DNA from: Octopus vulgaris
Taxonomy: Eukaryota
Direction: 5' to 3'
Assembly (NCBI GenBank): GCA_951406725.2
Contig: OX597841.1
Span: 20,646,001-20,710,000, forward strand
Length of the DNA: 64,000 nt
Shown: in pieces, positions 14,050-26,276 of the stretch
How the letters are laid out: the number at the start of each line of letters is the position of its first letter
How positions within the stretch are numbered: position 1 is the first letter of the stretch
Notes under the pieces: generated by a model
What the model was told of the DNA's origin: nothing
The model's database searches: none
The model's input: only the letters and a program-made list of their open reading frames with translations
Translations under genes and position numbers: made by a program

Positions 14050-14485
14050 CATCATCATTTAACGTCCGCTTTCCATGCTAGCATGGGTTGGACGGTTCAA
14101 CTGGGGTCTGGGGAGCCTGAAGGCTGCACCAGTCCAGTCAGATCTGGCAGTGTTTCTACAGCTGGATGCCCTTCCTAACGCCAACCACTCCGAGAGTGTA
14201 GTGGGTGATTTTATGTGCCACCGACACAGGTGCCAGACGCGGCTGGCAAACGGCCACGCTCGGATGGTGTTTTTTATGTGCCACCGACACAGGTGCCAGA
14301 CGAGGCTGGCAGACGGCCACGCTCGGATGGTGTTTTTATGTGCCACCGACACAGGTGCCAGATGAGGCTGGCAAACGGCCACGATCGGATGGTGTTTGTT
14401 ACGTGCCCACAGCACGGAGGCCAGTCGATGCGGTACTGGCTATGGCCACGTTCGGATGGTTTTCTTGTGTGCCACGTGGTTTAGC
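14049..14485 (-). mobile_element. RTE 3'-tail fragment with internal ~62-bp tandem repeats
   Basis: Unit TTTATGTGCCACCGACACAGGTGCCAGA...GGATGG present three times plus a diverged fourth. Confidence 0.85.
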
Positions 14486-14722
14486 ATCCATTACACTATT
14501 TTATTTTCATTTTTTTTACTCGGGTCAAAAACCAAACGATATATATATATATGGGTACTTGTCAATTGTCGTGGTCCCGGTTTTGCACACGCGAATTCGC
14601 GCGCGTCAGACGTAGGTACTCGATACTCGAGATCCTACGAGGTGACTTGCGCATGCGCAGTGCAGAATTCGCGCGTGCGCGTTAAACCCCCCTAAAAAAA
14701 AAGGTGTTGGATTTCACTAAAA

Positions 14723-14754
<32 letters not shown>

Positions 14755-15046
14755 ATATAACATTTTCAATTTTACACAAAAAAATTACATAGTCGCTTTC
14801 CTCGCGGATTTACAGAGAAATGAATTAATTACTATTTTACAGAATAAAATTAATGAATTAATTATATAAATTAAATAATTCTTGAAAATTAATTAATATT
14901 AATAATATTTTTTGAACAAAGTAAATAATTTATAAAACTTGGTTAATAATTTTTTTTTACACAAACGCGAACGTATATAATTTGTGAAACTTTTTTTTTT
15001 TTACAGACGTATATAATTTGGTAAACTTAATGAATTAATTTCTTCT

Positions 15047-15420
15047 CATCATCATCATCGTTTAACGTCCGTTCTCCATGCCAGCATGGGTTGGACGGTT
15101 CGACCGGGGATCTGGGAAGCCAGAAGGCTGCACCAGACTCCAGTCTTATCTGGCAATGTTTCTACAGCTGGATGCCCTTCCTAACGCCAACCACTCCGAG
15201 AGTGTAGTGGGTGCTTTTTACATGCCACCCGCACAGGTGCCAGGCGAGGCTGGCAACGGCCACGATTCGGATAGTGCTTTTTACGTACCACCAGTCCAGG
15301 GGTCCTGGCATTTGCCGGGTGCCACACTTGCCCCAACATGTCTTCGCAAGCAAAGGGGGTTGGCATGGGTGCCTGTCGTGGGATGAGGTTCGATATCAAC
15401 TTCGCTTGCCTCAACAGGTC
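15047..15420 (-). mobile_element. RTE tail fragment in left foldback arm
   Basis: Homology to the RTE 3' UTR. Confidence 0.85.
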
Positions 15421-16494
15421 TTTGTGTATAAATGTATAAATTTTTTGCACTAAATTCTTTCCGTAGAATTTATCAAAAAACGCGCAAAATTATTCCGTAG
15501 ACTTTATCAAATTTAAAAACGCAAAATTAATATATTTTTTGAAATTGCAAATTATTTAGAATATAAAACAAATTAAGTTAAATTTTAAAAATAAATGTCA
15601 TATACTTATACTCTGTAAGGTGCTGTGTTCACACTTCAATTTACTATTTTCTAGAAATGTTGCTTTTCTAATTGAAACAATTTTTCTCAATCTCCATTTA
15701 AAAGTCCATAATGCCTCTTGAGCCATATCAAAATGAACAACTTTGAATTACCCGGTGGTGGTGGTGGTGTGAGGTTCTAATTTTTTTCTGATCTCTCTTT
15801 GCCCCCCCCCCTAGATGGAGGTGTGGTGGGGAGACAGATGAAAGATGTTTCATTCTCTACTATATATGTATATATATATATATCTATATATATATATATA
15901 TATATTTCTTAAACCTACACAATATAGTCTATAAATTTGGGATGTTTTTGAAAGATAATATATTTTGTCATCAGAATATATATACTTTCTCACACTACAA
16001 TTAAGATATATTTATTTTAAATCGTTCATCTTTTCCCGCGACAACAAAAATTGGGCGCGAAAATTTTTCTAAATATTAGCTGAATGAACAACTGAGATAA
16101 AGAGGGGGCAAAGAGAGATCAGAAAAAAAATTAGAACCTCACACCACCACCACCACCACCACCGGGTAATTCAAAGTTGTTCATTTTGATATGGCTCAAG
16201 AGGCATTATGGACTTTTAAATGGAGATTGAGAAAAATTGTTTCAATTAGAAAAGCAACATTTCTAGAAAATAGTAAATTGAAGTGTGAACACAGCACCTT
16301 ACAGAGTATAAGTATATGACATTTATTTTTAAAATTTAACTTAATTTGTTTTATATTCTAAATAATTTGCAATTTCAAAAAATATATTAATTTTGCGTTT
16401 TTAAATTTGATAAAGTCTACGGAATAATTTTGCGCGTTTTTGATAAATTCTACGGAAAGAATTTAGTGCGAAAAATTTATACATTTATACACAA

Positions 16495-16912
16495 AGACCT
16501 GTTGAGGCAAGCGAAGTTGATATCGAACCTCATCCCACGACAGGCACCCATGCCAACCCCCTTTGCTTGCGAAGACATGTTGGGGCAAGTGTGGCACCCG
16601 GCAAATGCCAGGACCCCTGGACTGGTGGTACGTAAAAAGCACTATCCGAATCGTGGCCGATGCCAGAGCCGCCTCGACTGGCACCAATCCGACCGTGGCC
16701 ATTGCCAGCCTCGCCTGGCACCTGTGCGGGTGGCATGTAAAAAGCACCCACTACACTCTCGGAGTGGTTGGCGTTAGGAAGGGCATCCAGCTGTAGAAAC
16801 ATTGCCAGATAAGACTGGAGTCTGGTGCAGCCTTCTGGCTTCCCAGATCCCCGGTCGAACCGTCCAACCCATGCTGGCATGGAGAACGGACGTTAAACGA
16901 TGATGATGATGA
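16495..16912 (+). mobile_element. RTE tail fragment in right foldback arm
   Basis: Mirror of 15047-15420 with about 40 extra bp. Confidence 0.85.
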
Positions 16913-17511
16913 GAAGAAATTAATTCATTAAGTTTACCAAATTATATACGTCTGTAAAAAAAAAAGTTTCACAAATTATATACGTTCGCGTTTGTGTAAA
17001 AAATTATTAACCAAGTTTTATAAATTATTTACTTTGTTCATAAAATATTATTAATATTAATTAATTTTCAAGAATTATTTAATTTATATAATTAATTCAT
17101 TAATTTTATTCTGTAAAATAGTAATTAATTCATTTCTCTGTAAATCCGCGAGGAAAGCGACTATGTAATTTTTTTGTGTAAAATTGAAAATGTTATATAC
17201 ACACACACACACACACATATATATTTTTAGTGAAATCCAACACCTTTTTTTTTAGGGTTAACGCGCACGCGCGAATTCTGCACTGCGCATGCGCAAGTCA
17301 CCTCGTAGGATCTCGAGTATCGAGTACCTACGTCTGATGCGCGCGCGCGCGCGAATTCGCGTGTGCAAAACCGGGACCACGACAATTGACAAGTACCATA
17401 TATATGTATATCTTAGTGACTTTGAAGTTTAAGCCGGTTAGCCTTATTAAACTGTAGTACATTTGGGTTCTTCTTATGTCGAGGGCATTCGTGTGTGACC
17501 ATACCATAGGG

Positions 17512-17681
17512 CAGCGCTTTTCAAACTGTGGGCTGCGACAAAAAAGAAGGAAAGAAAGACAACGCAAGTGTGTGCAAAGTGCAGAATATAAACCAACGTT
17601 TTTCAAACTGTGGGTCGCGACCCTTCAGTAGGACACGAGATAAATAAAATGGATCGCGACAAAAATGTTTGAAAAACACTG
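17512..17681. mobile_element. hAT/Charlie-like MITE remnant
   Basis: CA..GTTTTTCAAAC at 17594 and GTTTGAAAAACACTG ending 17681; a second left end at 17512. Confidence 0.5.
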
Positions 17682-18470
17682 CCACATTGTATAGTATGTG
17701 TACTCCACGAAGAGTATTGAGGAATTCATCAGTTTAATGTTAAACTCGATATAAAAACTATATTAATATGTATGTATAACTTTATTCAGACCAAACTGCT
17801 CATGTTCGGCAAACGAAACATTCGCCCTATTGAGCTTGCCCAGAGAGGATGAAGTGTGTATATCCACCAGATTTGAAAATGATAATGTTTTCTTTCATTA
17901 GCCACAGCGGCTGTCAAGACGGACAAAGTCCTTGAGAGCTGGCAACACCCGTATCTTGATAAGATATGCGCAATTATTATTATCAAACTAAACGAAACAC
18001 ACGAAAGGAAGTTACAGCAAAGAAAGCTCAAAACCGAGAAGTAGAAAAGATAAAGAAATTTCGATGTCCCTCACCACAGAAATGATTGACACCTTCCGTC
18101 TATTACCTTACATTTTTTTTAAATCCTTCCAAATTCTTGATTATCTTATGAAGTAAATAAAACACGTAAGCATCTAGTATTACATAAGAAATACAGTCAC
18201 GAAAGGTTTAAAGACAAAAATAGAGTATAACTGACCTTAAAGACAAACTCATTGTTGAGACAAGTATTTGTTTTGAGAAAGTATTACAAGTTTACATAGT
18301 AACGGTGTATTTGCTGATTTTGTAGCCGTTGTTTAGTATTTCCGTGAGAAATATTAAATTATCCCCTAAAGTATAATTTGTTCTAACAAAGCATCGACAT
18401 TTAAGTGGGGATAAATATTACCTCTCGGTAATACAACCTCTGTCGTTGATATATATTTGTTGAAGAATTG

Positions 18471-18837
18471 ATCGAGATAATTGTTCAGTTTAGGGATATT
18501 AAAAAGTAAATAAAAATTAAGGGGGAGATAACTAGTAAAGGCATATAAAATAAATCGAGCTCAAATACTGTCACATAGCAAATAACAATTTTCGCATCTT
18601 GCCTCGTGATTCTGCTAATTGGGTGATATTCCAAAATTCCTCCACAATGGATTCACAGTTAAGGATTTCATTTTCAGTAACAATGAATTGCGGTCTCGCT
18701 GGTTTTCTACTTACTATTCTGATCGATTCCAAAGTAAATATCCAATATTTATGTTGACTTGTACGTTTACTAGTTAATCTCCCCCTTAATTTTTATTTAC
18801 TTTTTTAGTATCCCTAAACTGAACAATTACTATCGAT
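18471..18837. mobile_element. MITE with ~65-bp terminal inverted repeats
   Basis: 18471-18539 is approximately the reverse complement of 18766-18837. Confidence 0.65.
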
Positions 18838-18847
18838 TTACTATGTA

Positions 18848-19357
18848 CTAGCAGTATCGCCCGGCGTTGTTCGGATTTGTAAGGGAAATAACTATATAAG
18901 CATTTTTAGAGAGTTACTTCCCTTATAGATGCCAATTCGGGCTTTCTTAGCCATTTCTGTTTTGGTGTCTTCAAGCCATGAAGTCGTTGTTCTAAAAGAA
19001 CGCTGGTCTCCTTGACAACGCATTACGACGTTGATTTCTTTACACTCCCTTCCCCACAGCTTCACGAAGGAGGGAAGGGGGAGAAGCAAACAGGTGCAGG
19101 TGTGACCATGGACGCCAACTCCGCCGCCATCGACACACGAAAAATTATGCATTAAAATGGAATAAAAAATGATGTTAAATTATTTTTAAAATCGTAGACT
19201 CATTGTTGACGCGCGCTAATAGCCAGACGGGCTCGATATGAATCACGACTATAAGCTACCCGAATTTGGTTAAACTGCACCGCAAAATGTGGGAGGAGTT
19301 AGGAATCTAAATCGAAGGGGACAGACACTCACACAACTAGAGTTTTATATATATAGA
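18848..19357 (-). mobile_element. Non-autonomous Helitron
   Basis: Minus strand begins A|TCTATATATATAAAAC and ends with a short GC hairpin (CCGAACAACGCCGG) then CTAG|T. Confidence 0.75.
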
Positions 19358-19410
19358 TACAGCGGCAACAGCACAGTAGTAATATTAAGGGTAGAACCGG
19401 TAACACATAA

Positions 19411-20170
19411 AAGATCTTTTCACTTTGACCGGCAGATTTTTAAAATAATTTCTTTCTAACTAAACACTTTTAAACTTCGTATACTGGTAGAATGTGTCAC
19501 ATAAAACATCTTTTTCTCTTGGCATTCTTGAGAAAATTCTGTTGTTTGTAAGCTATTTCTTGTTTAATTTCTCGTATTTCGGCAATTTCAACCAATCAAT
19601 GACGTCTATTGAGGTGAATACAATTACTGCTGTTGTTTGCCAACAAGTTCAACAACAACATCCGGCGGTGTCTGGGTGAGTGTCTTGTGTTTACAAGAAA
19701 GAAACAAGGAAAAGGGGACAAGGTTTGGGAGTTGAAATTTGTAAGCGTATAGTGATGCATAAATACATTTTAATATATGAATAACTTAATGAATAAAGGG
19801 TATTAATGATGAGAAGCGATAATTAATAAATGAATGAACCAGTATTGCATATAACATTTCATGCATCCAACATAATATAAATTGAATTTATATACATCAT
19901 AAAAATTATTTATCTATTCAAACAATAACTACACTGTATGATATTATGTATATATATATATACATACATACATGTATTACATACAAATCTATTATTTATA
20001 TTATACATATCGGCATTCTTTCGATATGAGTCCCATTTACCTCATGTGTATTTGTTTACACTTGAAGAAGAAGATCGTCACTTTCCGTAAATTTTTTTTT
20101 TTTTATATGTGGGGTTAGGGGTAGGGGGAAGGGTATCTTTTTTCTTCAGAAATGTAAATAAACCCACGTG
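19411..20170. mobile_element. Diverged relative of the GGATCTTTTCGG MITE family
   Basis: 19411-19620 aligns with 36376-36580; an inverted internal segment lies near 20110-20165. Confidence 0.55.
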
Positions 20171-20211
20171 ACATGTCTATAAATTTATATTATATAATGA
20201 TGCAAATATCA

Positions 20212-20643
20212 GGATCTTTTCGGTTTGAACGGCAGTTTTTAACATAATTTCTAGGTAACTAAAAAATGCTAAACTTCGTATACTGGTAGAATGTGTTTAT
20301 AAAACATCTTTTTCTCTTTGCTTTATTGAGAAAATTCTATAGTTTGTAAAATATTTGCTGTTTTTTTCCTTCAATTTCTGCAATTTCAACCAATCACTAG
20401 CGTCTATTGAGTTAAAAAGCATTCTGTGCCATATGAATATGTCCCTCGTTTAAGAAACACATTGTGTTTATTTACATTTATGAACAAAAAAAGATACCCT
20501 AACCCTAAATCTAAAATAGATTGAAATGCAATAGATCGATCCTAGGGTCATAATTATGGGTGACAATTTCATATGACACCACTAGAAAAAACGGCAGTTT
20601 TTTCTATTGGTGTCATATGAAATTTGCTTATAGGAAAAGATCC
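20212..20643. mobile_element. GGATCTTTTCGG MITE with rearranged right end
   Basis: Close homolog of 36376-36783. Confidence 0.75.
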
Positions 20644-22537
20644 TATAAGCCAGTCAAAGGGAAAACATCCCACATAAATAAACAAAAAGGGCGTTCCTTC
20701 ATTTTGAATCGACAAAACCTCGGTTGTTTCTGTGACAACTCAACAATTCACTTCAGATATCTTCATGAAAGCTGCTAAAATGGGAGGAGGAGGAGAAAGC
20801 TAACAGGTTGTGTGTGCTTGCTTGTTCTTGTCTGTGTGTCATGGAAACAACCAAAGTTTTGTTTTGATTTTGTCGAGTCAAAACAAAGGAACACCATCAT
20901 TTCTTGGATTCATAGCCAAGAATCGAAATCTTAACAGAGATTTTCTTACAAGATCCTTTTCTTTGTTTTCGCTGTCCAACTTATCGCAGTTCTTTTGTTT
21001 GAGTTACGATCATTTGGAGATTATGATAGAAAAGACATACACATTCCTTTCTTCTCGAACATACTTTCTGTTTTTCCTATAAGTATAAATTGGAACTCTA
21101 AAGACTATCGGGCTCAGAATTTCCTCTTTTTTTATTTCCACGTGCTACATGTCAGTCTGGCAAGCAGCTTCCCCAAATAAACACACATGTGAGGGCACGC
21201 CAGCTTCATTCTTCTCATCCTACTTGAACTATTAAACTGTCGACTGGTACTATTTCCTTGCCTTCTTTACTGACCCTATGTGCGATTAAAAACTATAGGC
21301 AACATTTGGATCTTTTCTGTTTGACTACTATGATTTCAAAAATCAAAGTTTATTGAAAATTTTTTAATTAATTATGTTAGTGTAGTTTTCCAAGTTAAAT
21401 TGCTGGAAATATTTCACTTTTTCCAGAAAAATGTTTTTTATAGAGGTTTAAATTTGGTAATTTTCCCCCAGTCAAGAAACAATATGGAAACCGTCATTTT
21501 GTTTTGTCAACATCCTGAAAATAGCAAGTGTGTTTTTATATGAATGGCTATGTAGTAAGTAGCTTGCTTACTGCGCATGCATTAGTTGGTTACTGCTGCA
21601 CTGAATACTGTCAAGACATTGCTTTGCAGCACTCTTGAAGTGAAGAAATTTGAAGGCACAACTATAAGGTAAAACATTTGTTTTGGGGGATTCGGCGGGA
21701 GTTTGTTGTTTGTTGTACATTTTTTTGCGAACAAGAAATCCCTACTGAGGTCCGAGGCATTTGTCTGCCTATAGTTGCGCTGTCTCACTTAATTGTGAGA
21801 ATTGTTGTTTTGGAGGCAAACTTGCCTCCAAAAAATTGTGAAATATTTTGGAAAATTCTACCAATTTGTGGTGGATTTTTTTTATGTTCCTACTGCTGTA
21901 ACCCTGGAGTACCTTTGTTTTGGAGCACCTGTTGGCCAGGATTACCATGTTTTGAACGGTCTTCCTTCTTTCTTTTCCTCTGCTCTGTCTTTCTGCTCTT
22001 TGTCTTCCTTCAAACTATTTTTTTGGACTTTGTTTAGACTTTTTGTTTTGAACTGTTTATTGGACTTTTTTCTTCAAGAATGGCAAAGAAGGAGAACATT
22101 GCGTTGGAGTGGGACATTACCCCACCCAAGCAATGGTTAAAAAACTTAAATGAGAAAATGGTAGTGTTGAGGACTTATTTTAAGTCACTCGGCATCATCA
22201 CGGTCTTTCCCAAGACTGAAATTGAAAAAGAGTTGGCAGAATATCTGCCAACTATTATGGCCGTTCCTTGATTGTGATGTTGAACTTATAAATGGTCTAT
22301 GACTATTTAATTTTTTCCCACTAGACCGCTGGTGACAAAAAAATTCTACAAAATTTTTTTGCCACCCTATATTGATTAATTATGAATTTTCTGGTTGATT
22401 CCGTAATGGAATCGGCGGCTTATATTTATTTGCTGCCGATAAATTTGGCGCGAGTGCGATGATTTGAAAATTTTAGGTCAGATATTACGGAGGCAGGGAC
22501 AGAAGTGCCTCGTGAGAATATCTGTTCCGATTTGGCT

Positions 22538-22644
22538 ATTTCTTACTGACGAATCTAAGGGCCTATCGAAGATTGGCTTGATTTAATTTAATCAGGCTAG
22601 TTTACCATTAAACAGTAGATGAAACGGTGCATCGTATAAGAAAT
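22538..22644 (+). ncRNA. Type I hammerhead ribozyme motif, intact core
   Basis: Stem I ATTTCTTA/TAAGAAAT, CTGACGA, stem II ATCTA/TAGAT, GAAAC, near-palindromic stem III ACGGTGCATCGT, GTA triplet (predicted cut after 22636). Confidence 0.85.
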
Positions 22645-23026
22645 TACAGGGTAAACGTTTTTTTAATTTTCTCCTGGTTTACGGAATTAATGTTATTTTG
22701 CGGTTGAAGCTTTGGCTGTTATTTCTAGTGGGTGAATGGCCTATTATGGCCGTTCCTTGATTGTGATGTTGAACTTATAAATGGTCTATGACTATTTAAT
22801 TTTTTCCCACTAGGCCGCTGGTGACAAAAAAATTCTACAAAATTTTTTTGCCACCCTATATTGATTAATTATGAATTTTCTGGTTGATTCCGTAATGGAA
22901 TCGGCGGCTTATATTTATTTGCTGCCGATAAATTTGGCGTGAGTGCGATGATTTGAAAATTTTAGGTCAGATATTACGGAGGCAGGGACAGAAGTGCCTC
23001 GTGAGAATATCTGTTCCGATTTGGCT

Positions 23027-23133
23027 ATTTCTTACTGACGAATCTAAGGGCCTATGGAAGATTGGCTTGATTTAATTTAATCAGGCTAGTTTACCATTAA
23101 ACAGTAGATGAAACGGTGCATCGTATAAGAAAT
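23027..23133 (+). ncRNA. Type I hammerhead ribozyme motif, second copy
   Basis: Same stems and core as 22538-22644; predicted cut after 23125. Confidence 0.85.
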
Positions 23134-23278
23134 TACAGGGTAAACGTTTTTTTAATTTTCTCCTGGTTTACGGAATTAATGTTATTTTGCGGTTGAAGCT
23201 TTGGCTGTTATTTCTAGTGGGTGAATGGCCTATTATGGCCGTTCCATGATTGTGATATATATATATATATATATATAC

Positions 23279-23828
23279 GAGCAAAACGCCCCACCAATGG
23301 ACGGTGCTGAATCATATCTGCTGAATAAAAAGCAATCAGTGTTTTCTTTTCATTAAAAAATAATTAAGCATGCCTTTATTTCAATAAAATTTTTGGTTTT
23401 GTTAAACAAAGTTAAAGCAAAGAAAAAACTTCTTGAGAAACCAAATAATCTTTCCTTCCTTCATGCCAAGTTTGAAGAAAATATCTCTTTTGCATCTTAG
23501 TTTTTTTGGTCTCTTAAATACACTGCCTTTTGTGGCATTATTTCAAGCCATCCGCCTTTTTTTGTGCAAACTGCACATGCATTTTTCTTGCATACGCATA
23601 GTATCGATCGCAACAGCTGATGTAGTTCTGCATACAAATGCACATTCCCACGGCTTTATTGATTACATTCTCACCTGGAATCGATTTTTGTAATTTTTTC
23701 AAGACTTATACACGCCCTGATACCATCGGTATCTACATATCAAATTTGAGCGCAATCGGATGGAGGATGCCCGAGATCCTAGAAGACCACACACAGACAG
23801 ACAGAATGGATTTTATATAATATATATC
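23279..23828 (-). mobile_element. Helitron-like non-autonomous element
   Basis: Minus strand starts TATATAAAATCCATTCTGTCTGTCTG and ends with hairpin CACCGTCCATTGGTG followed by CTCG|T (variant of CTAG). Confidence 0.5.
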
Positions 23829-25558
23829 AGTGATGGGCTGTATCAGTGATGTCAACCCCCAACACACTATATCGGACATAACGTTTAGTGCCCCTGATGT
23901 CTTAGCGGCGATAAACGATATAAAACACAATTCAGCAGTAGGTCCCGATAGGTTCCCTGCTTGTGTCCTGAAGGTGTGTCGACACCAACTTGCATCTCCC
24001 CTTGCTAATCTGTGGAGAAACTCACTGGATGCTGGCTATATTCCAAAAAACCTTCTGTCCCAGTCTGTTGTCCCAGTTTTCAAAAAGGGAAACAAGTCCC
24101 TTGCAGTGAACTACCGTCCGATCTCACTCACCTCTCATATCATCAAGGTATTTGAGAGGGTGGTGAGATCTCGAATAACCCAATTTCTGGAAAGCAACAG
24201 ACGTCTGATCTCTAACCAACATGGGTTCCGTAATGGAAGGGACTGCCTAACGCAGCTCCTGCATCACTTTGATGACATTTTGAGAGCTTTGGGAGAGGGC
24301 TCCAACACCGATGTCATCTACCTTGATTTCAGTAAGGCCTTCGACAGGGTCGATCACAAGATCCTATTGAAAAAACTATCCAACATTGGTGTCTCTGGAA
24401 AGTTACTGAAATGGATCAAGTGTTTCCTGACAGATAGATCTCAACATGTTGTAGTTGAAGGGGTAAAATCAAGCCCAGCCAAAGTCAGTAGTGGCGTTCC
24501 GCAAGGCACTGTGCTGGGCCCACTTCTTTTCATCATTTACATTAATGACATTAATGACATCATCAAGCACAGCAACATAAAAATCTTTGCAGATGATTCC
24601 AAGCTACAGAAGGTCATAAATGAGGCGAGTGACCGGACATGCCTTCAGTCAGATCTACTGGCTGTTATCCAATGGGCAGAAAAAAACAATATGCTGCTGA
24701 ATGAGGATAAATTTGAGTTAATCCACTTTGGAAAAGAGGATGCCCTGAAACTCCCATACTCCCTTCCTTCAGGTGAAACTCTCGCGGCGTCCAACAACAT
24801 CAGAGACTTGGGAGTAATTGTGGACAACAACATAAGCTGGGCCACTCATATAAACACCAAAGTTGACATGGCCCGCAGAATGTGTTCCTGGATTCTCAGA
24901 ACTTTCCAGTCGAGAGATATCCACACCATTATCCTTCTCTTCTCCACTTTTGCCCGACCCCACCTTGAATACTGTTGTCCACTGTGGTCTCCCCACACAA
25001 TTCAAGGTATCATAAAAGTTGAAGCACCTCAAAGGGCAATCACAAAAAAGATAGATGGCATGACAGGCCTCGACTATTGGGGTCGACTAGAAAAGCTAAA
25101 ACTCTATTCTCTCCAACGTCGTCGTGAGCGCTACATCATCTGCATGATGTGGAAAATATTCCATCAGCATTGCCCAAATGATGTTGGCATCACCTTTAAG
25201 GTACATCCAAGGCTTGGGCCCCGTGCCATCCGCCCAAAACAAAAATCGCACTCTCATCTCATAACAACAATACGGCACAATTATTTCACCTCAATTGGCC
25301 CCGCTCTCTTTAACATTACACCAAAACACATTAAAACAGAAACTGACCCTATAGGGTTCAAGAAGTCTTTGGACAGATTCCTTCAAGAAATCCCGGATAA
25401 ACCCCCTACACCCGGATATGTCTCTGTAAACAATAACTCTCTACTTGAGTGGGCCATAGTGCCCAAATTCTGACTTGACAGACTTCACCAGGTGGTGCTA
25501 TTAAGTTAGACATGGCCTGGGCCAATAATGGCCGAAACCTATCAAAGTATCAAAGTAA
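23829..25558 (+). mobile_element. 5'-truncated CR1-like LINE, family B, uninterrupted RT ORF
   Basis: ORF 23830-25473 with all RT motifs; close paralog of 10786-12420; tail (TATCAAAG)2. Confidence 0.92.
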
Positions 25559-25578
25559 GTATATATATATATATATAT

Positions 25579-25660
25579 GGTTAATCCAAACAAGAAAACA
25601 CAACAACGCGAGGACGTGGAACAAATATAGTATTATTGGACGCTCAGGAAAGAAGGGAAG
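25579..25660 (-). repeat. Fragment of the 27970-28200 repeat family
   Basis: Reverse complement matches 28098-28200. Confidence 0.7.
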
Positions 25661-25664
25661 AAGA

Positions 25665-25719
25665 TATATATACATATATATATATACATATACATACATA
25701 TATATATATATATATAAAT

Positions 25720-25754
<35 letters not shown>

Positions 25755-25869
25755 CATATACATACATATATATATACATATACATACATATATATATATA
25801 TACATACATATATATATATATACATATACATACATATATATATATATATACATATACATACATATATAT

Positions 25870-25908
<39 letters not shown>

Positions 25909-26205
25909 CATACATATATATATATACATATACATACATATATACATATACATACATATATATATACATATACATACATATATATATATACATATACATA
26001 TATATATATATACATATACATACATATATATATATATACATATACATACATATATATATATACATATACATACATATATATACATATACATACATATATA
26101 TATATACATATACATACATATATATATATACATATACATACATATATATATATACATATACATACATATATATATATACATATACATACATATATATATA
26201 TATAT

Positions 26206-26238
<33 letters not shown>

Positions 26239-26276
26239 CATACATATATATATACATATACATACATATATATATA
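25665..26276. repeat. (TA)n/(TATACA)n microsatellite
   Basis: Direct inspection. Confidence 0.95.

Larger units (their letters stand above)
14554..17397. mobile_element. Foldback-type element with ~1.25 kb inverted arms
   Basis: 14554-15806 is the near-exact reverse complement of 16104-17397; ends GGTACTTGTCAATTGTCG / CGACAATTGACAAGTACC within TA runs; no transposase seen. Confidence 0.8.
22252..23256 (+). repeat. 489-bp direct tandem repeat (2 units plus 27-nt partial), each unit with an HHR
   Basis: CTATTATGGCCGTTCC starts at 22252, 22741 and 23230; only about 3 substitutions seen between the full units. Confidence 0.95.

Noticed and set aside
14200-14470. Regularly spaced repeats suggesting a CRISPR array
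   Set aside because: No unique spacers, eukaryotic context, and part of an RTE 3' UTR
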